A DNA stretch of 64,000 bases, from contig CALJZN010000031.1 of NCBI GenBank assembly GCA_937983405.1, positions 1,218 to 65,217 of the forward strand. The letters run 5' to 3'. Position numbers and translations under genes: made by a program. This DNA is from an uncultured Rhodobacteraceae bacterium (GTDB lineage Bacteria > Pseudomonadota > Alphaproteobacteria > Rhodobacterales > Rhodobacteraceae). This document shows, piece after piece, positions 18,085-25,822 of this stretch. A model generated the notes under the pieces. It did no database searches. It was not told the origin of the DNA and saw only the letters and a list, made by a program, of their open reading frames with translations. The stretch's first letter is position 1. Every line of letters starts with the position of its first letter.

Positions 18085-19407
18085 ATGATCGGCCGGCTGA
18101 TCAAGCGTCTGAGCCCGCGCGGCCTGCAGGGCCGGGCGACCCTGATCCTTGTGGTGCCCGTGCTGGCGCTGCAGCTCGTGGTGTCGGTGGTCTTCATCCA
18201 GCGCCATTTCGAGGGCGTCACGCGCCAGATGACGCGGACCGTGCTGCAGGAACTGGCCTATGTGGTCGCCGAGGTCGACCGGGCCGCGGATGTCGACGCC
18301 GCGCGCGCTGCGGTGGCGCCGCTGCTGGGGCCGCTGGCGCTGCGCCTTGTGCTGCCCGATCCGCAGGCGCCGGCCACCGATGCGCGGCCGTTCTACGACG
18401 TGTCCGGCCGCACGGTGATCGAGACGCTGCGCGGCGGGCTGGCGGCGGTCGCTGCGGTCGATCTTGCCTCGGACGACCGGCAGGTTCGCGTGGCGCTGGT
18501 CACGCGCCACGGGCCGATGACGGTCACGGCCGAACGGCGGCGGGTGTCGGCATCGAACCCGCACCAGCTTCTGGTGCTGATGCTGGCCACGGGCCTTCTG
18601 ATGACGGCGGTCGCCTATCTGTTCCTGCGCAACCAGCTCCGCCCGATCACACGGCTGGCCGAGGCGGCGGAGGCGTTCGGCAAGGGGCGGGTGGTGCCCT
18701 ATCGCCCCGGGGGCGCGGCCGAGGTGCGGGCGGCGGGGACGGCGTTCCTCGACATGCGGGCGCGGATCGAGCGGGCGATCGAGCAGCGGACGCTGCTCTT
18801 GTCGGGCGTGAGCCACGATCTGCGCACGCCGCTGACGCGGATGAAGCTTGGCCTTGCGATGCTGGACGACGGGCCCGAGGTGGCGGCGCTGCGCAGCGAT
18901 GTGGCCGAGATGGAGCGGCTGATCGCAAGCTTCCTGGACTTCACGCGCGAGGACAGCCAGGAGGCGGCGGTGCCGACCGACCCTGCCGCGCTGGTGCGCG
19001 GGGTGGTCGAGAACGCGCTGCGCGCCGGGCAGCCGGTGACGCTGGCGGGAGTCGAGGGTGCGGGGATGGCGATGCTGCGGCCCGGGGCGGTGGCGCGGGC
19101 GGTGGAGAACCTTGTGGGCAATGCGGTGCGCTACGGCCGGCGGGCGGAAGTCCGGGTCGAGATCGGCGCGCGGCGGGTGACGATTGCGGTCGAGGACGAC
19201 GGGCCGGGCATTCCGAGCGAGCGGCGGGACGAGGCGATGCGCCCCTTCACGCGCCTCGACGCCGCGCGTGACCCCAACCGGGGCGGGGGGGTCGGCCTGG
19301 GCCTGTCGATCGCGGCCGACATCGCCCGCAGCCACGGCGGCGCCCTGCGGCTGGGCAGCAGCGCCACGCTGGGCGGGCTGCGGGCCGAACTGGTGCTGTC
19401 GCGGTAG
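18085..19407 (+). CDS. Two-component sensor histidine kinase (EnvZ-like: 2 TM, HAMP, HisKA, HATPase_c)
   Basis: 440 aa. H-box LLSGVSHDLRTPLTRMKL, N-box ENLVGNAVRYG, G-boxes VEDDGPGIP and GGGVGLGLSIA. Confidence 0.88.
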   Translation: MIGRLIKRLSPRGLQGRATLILVVPVLALQLVVSVVFIQRHFEGVTRQMTRTVLQELAYVVAEVDRAADVDAARAAVAPLLGPLALRLVLPDPQAPATDARPFYDVSGRTVIETLRGGLAAVAAVDLASDDRQVRVALVTRHGPMTVTAERRRVSASNPHQLLVLMLATGLLMTAVAYLFLRNQLRPITRLAEAAEAFGKGRVVPYRPGGAAEVRAAGTAFLDMRARIERAIEQRTLLLSGVSHDLRTPLTRMKLGLAMLDDGPEVAALRSDVAEMERLIASFLDFTREDSQEAAVPTDPAALVRGVVENALRAGQPVTLAGVEGAGMAMLRPGAVARAVENLVGNAVRYGRRAEVRVEIGARRVTIAVEDDGPGIPSERRDEAMRPFTRLDAARDPNRGGGVGLGLSIAADIARSHGGALRLGSSATLGGLRAELVLSR

Positions 19408-19421
19408 GGGGGCGGGCGCGG

Positions 19422-19631
19422 CTATCGGGCCAGCCGCGCGGCGCGGCCGGGCAGGTCGGCGACCACCGCTGCGCGCTCGGCCTCGGTCATCCGGGTCCAG
19501 CCCGCGATCTCGTCCAGCGTGCGGTGACAGCCGATGCAGATGCGCGCCTCGGGGTGGACGACGCAGACCTTGATGCAGGGGCTGGTGACGGTTGCGGGGC
19601 CGGTTGCGGGGCCGGTTGCAGGGCTGGTCAT
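19422..19631 (-). CDS. DUF1289 domain protein (small Cys-rich Fe-S-type protein)
   Basis: 69 aa. SPCIKVCVVHPEARICIGCHRTLDEIAGWTRMTEAER. The ATG overlaps the ruvX stop (ATGA). The N-terminal (ATGP) repeats come from a 12-bp tandem repeat. Confidence 0.75.
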   Translation of the reverse strand: MTSPATGPATGPATVTSPCIKVCVVHPEARICIGCHRTLDEIAGWTRMTEAERAAVVADLPGRAARLAR

Positions 19632-20134
19632 GGCGCGTCGTGCGAGGCCGAACCCTCGGGGGCGGCGAGGTGGTGCAGGCGGTCGAGGAACCCCTGCAGG
19701 ATGTAGCCCGCCGCCACCTGATCGACCACCTCGCGCCGGCGTCGGCGCGAGGCGTCGGCCTCGAGCAGCGCGCGTTCCGCGGCGACGGTCGAGAGGCGTT
19801 CGTCCCAGAAGGTGATCGGCAGGTCGGTCAGCCGCGCGAGGTTGCGGGCGAAGGCGCGGGTGGATTGCGCCCGCGGGCCTTCGCTGCCGTCCATGTTGCG
19901 CGGCAGGCCGAGGACGAGGCCCCCCACCTCGCGCGCTGCGGCGAAGGCCAGCAGCGCCGCGGCGTCCTCGCCGAAGCGCCGGCGGCGGATCGTGCCCTGG
20001 GGGGTGGCGATGGTCAGCCTGCGGTCCGAGAGCGCCAGGCCGATCGTCTTTTCGCCGAGATCGAGGCCGAGGATGGGCCGCCCCGGCGCCAGCGCGGCGC
20101 GGAAGGCGGCAGGGTCGTCGGCATGGCCGCTCAT
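19628..20134 (-). CDS. ruvX: Holliday-junction resolvase-like nuclease RuvX/YqgF
   Basis: 168 aa. ILGLDLGEKTIGLALSD, GGLVLGLPRNMDGSEGPRAQSTRAF, FWDERLSTVAAE, VDQVAAGYILQGFLD. The ATG overlaps the ccmI stop (ATGA). Confidence 0.9.
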   Translation of the reverse strand: MSGHADDPAAFRAALAPGRPILGLDLGEKTIGLALSDRRLTIATPQGTIRRRRFGEDAAALLAFAAAREVGGLVLGLPRNMDGSEGPRAQSTRAFARNLARLTDLPITFWDERLSTVAAERALLEADASRRRRREVVDQVAAGYILQGFLDRLHHLAAPEGSASHDAP

Positions 20135-21510
20135 CGGCCGATCCCGGCGGCGCGGGCGGCGCCCTCGATCTGCGCGAGATCCTCGGCGCGCCCGGCAAAG
20201 ACCTCGCGCGCCTCGCCAAGGATCGCACCGGCGCGCTCGCGCTCGCCCAGCACCGCCAGCGCGCCGATCAGCCGCGCCCAGTCGGAGGCCGGCCCGCCCT
20301 CGGCCGCCAGCCGCTCGGCCAGCCCAGCGACCATGCCCCGGATCATCTCGGCGCGCGCCTCGGGCGACATCGCCGCGGCCGCGGCCATGTCCTCGGCCGA
20401 GGGGCCGCGTTGCCCGGCCGGCGCGGGCGGGGTGTAGCTGTGCGCCCCGGCCAGCCAGGCGACATCCTCGATCTGCGCGCGCAGGGGCGCATACCACGGG
20501 TCGGCGGGGGAGGATTCGGCCAGCAGCGGGCGCCAGACGGCGAAGGCCAGGTCGGGCCGCCCGGTCTGCAGCAGCAAGAGGCCGCTGTAGTAGCGCGCCA
20601 CCGGCTCGCGCGGGTTGCGGCGCAGCGCCTCGGTCAGCGCCGCCTCGCCCTCGGGCGAGATCGGGCCGCCTGCGGCGAGGTAGAGCAGTTCGGCCAGCGC
20701 GGCGAAATCCTCGGCCCGGGCGGCGGGGCCCTGCAGGCGCACAAGCGCGTCCTGTGCGCGGGCGGCGAGGGGGAAGTTGCCCAGCCGCGCCTCGTACTGC
20801 GCCTGAAGCGCAAGACCGGCGGCATCCTGCGGCCGTTCGGCGAGGCGGGTGCCCAACTGGTCCATCAGGTCCGCGACGCGGACGAAATCCTCCACCAGCG
20901 CCAGCTCCTCGGGCCGGTCGGCCAGCGCCGCACGGGCACGGGCCAGGGCCGCGTCCAGCGCCGCCCCGTCGCCCACCGTGCGGTGGGCCCGCAGCAGCGT
21001 CAGCCACCCGTCGGCCGAGGTCGGGTCGTCGCCGAGGGTTGCCAGCGTCGCGCGCAGCCGGTCGATCTGCGCCGCCTCGGCCTCGGCCTGGTTCGGGCGG
21101 CTGGCGCGCGCCGCCTCGGCTGCGGCGATGCGGGCCGAGAGCGGCATGTCGGGCAGGCCCGCGGCGCCGAGGTCGCGGTAGAGCAGGAAGGCCCCCGTCG
21201 CCGCGACGGCCAGCAGCGCAAGGCCGGCAAGCGCCCCGGCGCGCCCCCCCCGCGACCCCTCGGTGGCGCCGCCGCGCCGGCGGTCGGCCTCGAGGATGCG
21301 GCGCGCGACCTCGGTGCGCAGGCGCTCGGCGTCCTCCGGGGCGATCACGCCGCGGGCGAGGTCGCGTTCGACCTCGCGCAGCTGGTCGCGGTAGACGGCC
21401 AGATCCCGTTCGGCCGCGGTCAGCCCCTGCGGCCGGCCGCGCAGCAGCGCCAGTACCAGCAACCCGAAGGTCGCGACCGTGACAAGGGCCGCGGCGATCC
21501 AGAAGGCCAT
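20131..21510 (-). CDS. ccmI: c-type cytochrome biogenesis protein CcmI/CycH (TPR-containing)
   Basis: 459 aa. N-terminal MAFWIAAALVTVATFGLLVLALLRG...DLAVYRDQLREVERDLARGVI..EDAERLRTEVARRIL, a second TM, then a TPR-like Ala/Leu-rich C-terminal part. Confidence 0.8.
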   Translation of the reverse strand: MAFWIAAALVTVATFGLLVLALLRGRPQGLTAAERDLAVYRDQLREVERDLARGVIAPEDAERLRTEVARRILEADRRRGGATEGSRGGRAGALAGLALLAVAATGAFLLYRDLGAAGLPDMPLSARIAAAEAARASRPNQAEAEAAQIDRLRATLATLGDDPTSADGWLTLLRAHRTVGDGAALDAALARARAALADRPEELALVEDFVRVADLMDQLGTRLAERPQDAAGLALQAQYEARLGNFPLAARAQDALVRLQGPAARAEDFAALAELLYLAAGGPISPEGEAALTEALRRNPREPVARYYSGLLLLQTGRPDLAFAVWRPLLAESSPADPWYAPLRAQIEDVAWLAGAHSYTPPAPAGQRGPSAEDMAAAAAMSPEARAEMIRGMVAGLAERLAAEGGPASDWARLIGALAVLGERERAGAILGEAREVFAGRAEDLAQIEGAARAAGIGR

Positions 21511-21855
21511 GCCGATCCTCCACCGAACACCGCGGTTCTAAGGCCCGCGCCCGTTGCGGGAAAGCCCGGAACCGGCGCCTGTCGTCGCGGGGACGGTCAC
21601 GACGGCGTAACCGGCGGCGGCAAAGCGCCGCAAGCGCTTCCCTCCCTGCCCGCGGGATGCCCCTTTACCCGGGGCGCGGCGCCGGCGGGATCGGTGCCCG
21701 ACCTCGGTGCGCCGGCGCCGTCGCGGGCGGCGGAGCATGCCCGCGCCGAACCGGCCGGGGTTCTTCGCCTGGCTCTTTCCCGGCGCCGCCCCTTGACCTT
21801 GACCCCTCGAGCCGCCTTATTCCGCGCAGGCCCCATCCGGACCGGAGGATTCCCC

Positions 21856-22458
21856 ATGGCTTTCACGCTGCCCGATCTGCCCTATGCCCATGACGCGCTG
21901 GCCCCCCTCGGGATGTCGAAGGAAACGCTGGAGTATCACCACGACCTCCACCACAAGGCCTATGTCGACAATGGCAACAAGCTGATCGCCGGGACCGAGT
22001 GGGAGGGCCGGTCGCTCGAGGACATCATCCGCGGCACCTACCAGGCCGGCGCGGTGGCGCAGTCGGGCATCTTCAACAACGCCAGCCAGCACTGGAACCA
22101 CACCATGTTCTGGGGCTGGATGGCGCCCGGCGAGGCCAAGGGCATGCCCGGCGCGCTGGAGGCGGCGCTGACCGAGGCCTTCGGGTCGGTGCAGGCCTTC
22201 AAGGACGCCTTCGCCGCCGCGGGCGCCGCGCAGTTCGGCTCGGGCTGGTGCTGGCTGGTCAAGGATGCCGACGGCGCGCTGAAAGTCACCAAGACCGAGA
22301 ACGGCGTCAACCCGCTGTGCTTCGGCCAGACCGCGCTGCTGGGCTGCGACGTGTGGGAACATTCCTACTACATCGACTTCCGCAACCGCCGGCCGGCCTA
22401 TCTGACCAACTTCCTCGAGAAGCTGGTGAACTGGGAGGCCGTCGCCGCCGGGCTCTGA
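21856..22458 (+). CDS. sodB: Fe/Mn-family superoxide dismutase (Fe type)
   Basis: 200 aa with a GGAGGA RBS. MAFTLPDLPYAHDAL, LEYHHDLHHKAYV, QHWNHTMFW, GSGWCWL, LLGCDVWEHSYYIDFRNRRPAY. Confidence 0.95.
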   Translation: MAFTLPDLPYAHDALAPLGMSKETLEYHHDLHHKAYVDNGNKLIAGTEWEGRSLEDIIRGTYQAGAVAQSGIFNNASQHWNHTMFWGWMAPGEAKGMPGALEAALTEAFGSVQAFKDAFAAAGAAQFGSGWCWLVKDADGALKVTKTENGVNPLCFGQTALLGCDVWEHSYYIDFRNRRPAYLTNFLEKLVNWEAVAAGL

Positions 22459-22663
22459 CCCGCGGCGCGCGGGATGCGGACCGAGGCCCCGCCCCGCAGC
22501 GGGTCCTTCCAGCTGCGGAGCGTCGCCTGCCGCGATCGCCGCACTCTCTGTCTACCCCGGCCGCGTCTACCCCGGCGGCCCGCTGGGCGGAGCGCACCGG
22601 CCCCCCGGGAACGACGCAGGCCGCAGACCCGACGCCTCGGGGCGTCCCCGCAGCAACGGTGGA

Positions 22664-22715
22664 CGGCAAAGCCCCGGGGGTCTTCGGCAAAGCCCCGGCT
22701 TCGGCAAAGCCCCGG
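22664..22715. repeat. Three copies of CGGCAAAGCCCCGG (spacing 21 and 17 nt) in the sodB/LOG convergent spacer
   Basis: Read directly at 22664-22677, 22685-22698 and 22702-22715. A 12-bp direct repeat GTCTACCCCGGC x2 also lies at about 22550-22575. Confidence 0.7.
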
Positions 22716-22764
22716 GGCCGTGGCACGCAATGGCCGTCGGCGCGGCCACCGCGGCCCCGGCGGT

Positions 22765-23343
22765 CTAGGTTGCCGCGGCCTCGCGGCGCACAAAGGCGGC
22801 CCGCAGCTGTGCGGCAAGCGCGGGCACGTCCGGGACGGCGGTGACAAACCCCCTCAGCGAGGGTTCGGCGAAGCCCTGCGCGATGATGTGGTCGATGAGG
22901 CCGAGCAGGGGTTGCCAGTACCCCGCGACGTCGAGCAGGACGACCGGCTTGAGGTGTAGGCCCAGCTGTCGCCAGGTCAGCACCTCGAAGAACTCGTCGA
23001 GCGTGCCGGCCCCGCCCGGCAGCACCACGATGGCGTCGGCGTTCATGAACATGACCTTCTTGCGCTCGTGCATGGTCTCGGTCACGACCAGCCGGCTGGG
23101 GTCGGTGCGGGCGGCCTCGCGCCGGATGAGATGGGCGGGGATGACCCCGAAGGTCTCGGCCCCCGCGGTCTGGGCGGCGCGTGCGACCTCGCCCATCAGG
23201 CCGACATCGCCTGCGCCGTAGACCAGACGCCAGCCCTCGGCCGCGATCAGCGCGCCGAGCGCCCGGGCGGCGGCCGCATAGGGCGGCACGACCCCGTTGC
23301 GCGAGCCGCAGTAGACGCAGATCGAGCGGACATGAGGCGACAT
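22765..23343 (-). CDS. LOG-family (TIGR00730) nucleotide phosphoribohydrolase
   Basis: 192 aa. VYCGSR, LVYGAGDVGLMG, the signature VLPGGAGTLDEFFE, WRQLGLHLKPVVLLD. Confidence 0.88.
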   Translation of the reverse strand: MSPHVRSICVYCGSRNGVVPPYAAAARALGALIAAEGWRLVYGAGDVGLMGEVARAAQTAGAETFGVIPAHLIRREAARTDPSRLVVTETMHERKKVMFMNADAIVVLPGGAGTLDEFFEVLTWRQLGLHLKPVVLLDVAGYWQPLLGLIDHIIAQGFAEPSLRGFVTAVPDVPALAAQLRAAFVRREAAAT

Positions 23344-23477
23344 CGGACCCGGGACTGGATAAAAGTGACAGTCATGTTCAGATAGCGGTGTTGACGAGGG
23401 GCCTCAAGCGCGACAGGGACAGGACCGGCGTCTGGCGCCCGGGGGTCGGCCGCGCGGCGCAACGGGGGTGGGCTGGG

Positions 23478-25757
23478 ATGGCAGGCTGGAAGGCGTGGGC
23501 TTTGGGGGTGAAGGTCGCGGCGGCCGCCGGGCTTGCCGGGGCGGCGGCGCTGGGCGGCTATGCGCTCTGGGTGGCGATGCACCCGCCGGGCGCGGCCGAG
23601 GCGCCGGCGGCTGCGGCGCGGCCCGCCGGCGTTGTGCCGCCCGCGGCGCGGGAGCCTGCCGCAGCGCGCCCGCCGGCCACCCCAACGGATGCGCCCGGCG
23701 CGGAGCCCGCGGTTGCCCAACCGGCCGCGCCGGGCGCCGAGGCCGCGTCCGGGCCGGTGGCGGCGGCGGTGGCGGAGGCGGTGCTGCGCTTCGATCTGGT
23801 CCGGGTCGAGCAGGACGGCGATGCGCTGGTCGCCGGATCGGCAGTGCCTGGGACGGATGTGGGCGTTCTGGTCGAGGGCGAGGAGGTCGCGCGCGGCATC
23901 GTGGACCGCGCGGGGCGCTTCGTGGCGATGTTCCGGCTGGCGCCCAGTGCGGAGCCCCGGGTCGTCGCGCTGGAGATGCGGTTCCCGGACGGGCGGCGGA
24001 TCGCGTCCTCCGAAAGCTTTGTCGTCGCGCCGACGCTGCCGCCGCAGGTGGCGGTCGCCGAAGTGCCCGCCGCCGCCGGGCCTGACGGCGACGCGATCGG
24101 GGCCGGCGCGCTGCGTGTGGCCGAGGCGCCGCCGCCGGCGGTGGCCGAGGCTGCGACGGCCGCCTCGCCGGTGGTTGACGCGACGGGCGCGACCCTGGCC
24201 GGAAAAGCCGCCCCGGCGCCGCGCCCCGACGGCGCCGACTGGCCCGTGTCGGTTGCGGCTGCGCCGGCCGCAGGGGGTGCGACGGCGGAGCTTCCGGGGA
24301 TGACCGCGGTCGCCCCGGCGCTGACCGGGCTGCCCGCGATGCCGGCGGCGCCGGGCGGCGCGGTCTCGCTGCCCGCCGGCGAGACGGCGGCTCCCCGTCC
24401 TGCGGGTGCAGCCGAGCCCCCGACGGCCGCGGCCGAGCCGGAGCCGGAGGCGGCGGTCGCGGGGCTTCCCCCGATCGCGGCGGCAGGGTCCGAGGCCCGG
24501 GCGCGCGCGGCCGTGCCCTCTGCGCCCGCGGGCGATGCGGCCGTGCCGGTTGGCGGGGCGGGTGCGCCGCATCCCGCGGCGGCGGCCGTTGCGCCCGGCG
24601 CCCCGCAGGCGGCGGCGCGCGCAGAGGCCGCCCCCGGACTTGGGGCGGCGGCTGCACCCGGACCGGCGACGGTGCCCGCGCCGTCGCCCGTGCCCGACCC
24701 CGTGCCCGACCCCGTGCCCGCCGTCGTGCCCGACCCCGTGGCCGACATGGCCTTGGCCGCGGGCAGGGCGCCCGGGGCCGCCCTTTCGATTTCGCCGCCT
24801 GCGCCCGCGGCTGTTCCCGAGGCGGCGGTTGCCGAGGCCGTGGTGCCTGCTGCCGGGGCGGCGGGCGTTGCGGATGCCGGACAGGTCCCCGACGGCGAGC
24901 CCGTTGCCCATGCCGGGGCGGATGCCGCGGACGCGCCGGTCTCTGGCGCGGTGCCGCTGTCCGATGGGCCGCTGTCCGATGGGCCCGAGGCCGAGGGGGC
25001 CGTCGCGGGGGGGGGTGTCGATGGGCCGGCGGCCGACGCCGCCCGGCAGGCCGCGGTCGCGACGGCCGAGCCGAAACCGCCCCGGACGGGACCGGAGCCT
25101 TCGCCCGTGGCCGCCGCACCGGCCACGGGCGCCCCCCCCGGCCCTGCGCCCGGGACCGTGCCCGCGCTGGCCGCCGCGCCGCCAGCCGCTGCCGCACCGG
25201 CCCCTGCCGGACCGCCCGCGGTTCTGATGGTGGGCGAAAGCGGGGTGCGCGTGATCCAGGCGCCGGGGGCGGTTCCCGCCGTCCAGCAGGATGTCGTGAT
25301 CGACGCGATCAGCTATTCGGTTGAGGGCGGGGTGCAGCTTTCCGGGCGCGGCATCGCCGGCGAGGTCGTGCAGGTCTATGTCAACAACCGGCCCGTCCAG
25401 ACCGCGCAGATCGCCCCCGACGGCAGCTGGAGCGCCGACCTGCCCGAGATCGAGACCGGCGTCTACACGCTGCGCATCGACCAGATCGATGCCGTGGGCC
25501 GCGTCTCGGCGCGGTTCGAGACGCCCTTCCAGCGCGAGGATCCGGCGCTGCTGGCGCGGGTCGGCGCCGCCCAGCCGGGGCAGCCCGGCGTGCGCGCGAA
25601 GATCATCACCGTCCAGCCGGGCTACACCCTGTGGGGCATCGCCAAGGCGAGCTACGGCCAGGGCATTCTCTATGTCCGAGTGTTCGAGGCCAACCGCAGC
25701 CAGATCCGCAACCCCGACCTGATCTATCCCGGGCAGGTGTTCGCGATCCCGCAATAG
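23478..25757 (+). CDS. LysM peptidoglycan-binding domain protein with N-terminal anchor and a very long Ala/Pro-rich linker
   Basis: ATG 23478 (MAGWKAWALGVKVAAAAGLAGAAAL..). C-terminal LysM: IITVQPGYTLWGIAKASYGQGILYVRVFEANRSQIRNPDLIYPGQVFAIP. Two Ig-like beta-rich segments flank several hundred residues of A/P/G low complexity. Confidence 0.8.
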   Translation: MAGWKAWALGVKVAAAAGLAGAAALGGYALWVAMHPPGAAEAPAAAARPAGVVPPAAREPAAARPPATPTDAPGAEPAVAQPAAPGAEAASGPVAAAVAEAVLRFDLVRVEQDGDALVAGSAVPGTDVGVLVEGEEVARGIVDRAGRFVAMFRLAPSAEPRVVALEMRFPDGRRIASSESFVVAPTLPPQVAVAEVPAAAGPDGDAIGAGALRVAEAPPPAVAEAATAASPVVDATGATLAGKAAPAPRPDGADWPVSVAAAPAAGGATAELPGMTAVAPALTGLPAMPAAPGGAVSLPAGETAAPRPAGAAEPPTAAAEPEPEAAVAGLPPIAAAGSEARARAAVPSAPAGDAAVPVGGAGAPHPAAAAVAPGAPQAAARAEAAPGLGAAAAPGPATVPAPSPVPDPVPDPVPAVVPDPVADMALAAGRAPGAALSISPPAPAAVPEAAVAEAVVPAAGAAGVADAGQVPDGEPVAHAGADAADAPVSGAVPLSDGPLSDGPEAEGAVAGGGVDGPAADAARQAAVATAEPKPPRTGPEPSPVAAAPATGAPPGPAPGTVPALAAAPPAAAAPAPAGPPAVLMVGESGVRVIQAPGAVPAVQQDVVIDAISYSVEGGVQLSGRGIAGEVVQVYVNNRPVQTAQIAPDGSWSADLPEIETGVYTLRIDQIDAVGRVSARFETPFQREDPALLARVGAAQPGQPGVRAKIITVQPGYTLWGIAKASYGQGILYVRVFEANRSQIRNPDLIYPGQVFAIPQ

Positions 25758-25822
25758 CGGCGGGGCCTCTGGCCTTTCCCGGCGCGGGGGCCTAGGGTCT
25801 GCGCCAACCGGAGAGCCAGCCC

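Noticed and set aside
19588-19620. 12-bp tandem repeat GGGGCCGGTTGC as a regulatory element
   Set aside because: It lies inside the DUF1289 ORF and simply encodes the N-terminal ATGPATGPATG repeat.
21793-21821. sodB promoter (TTGACC, 17-nt spacer, CTTATT), and a similar acpP promoter guess at 50080-50107 (TTGCCA, 16-nt spacer, TATAGG)
   Set aside because: These are plausible hexamers, but the -10 elements are weak and I cannot verify them without transcription-start data. They are not listed as features.
23247-25754. Several 500-835-aa ORFs on both strands across 23.2-25.8 kb
   Set aside because: The Ala/Pro-rich repeat DNA keeps all frames open. Only the frame with an N-terminal anchor and a C-terminal LysM domain makes biological sense.
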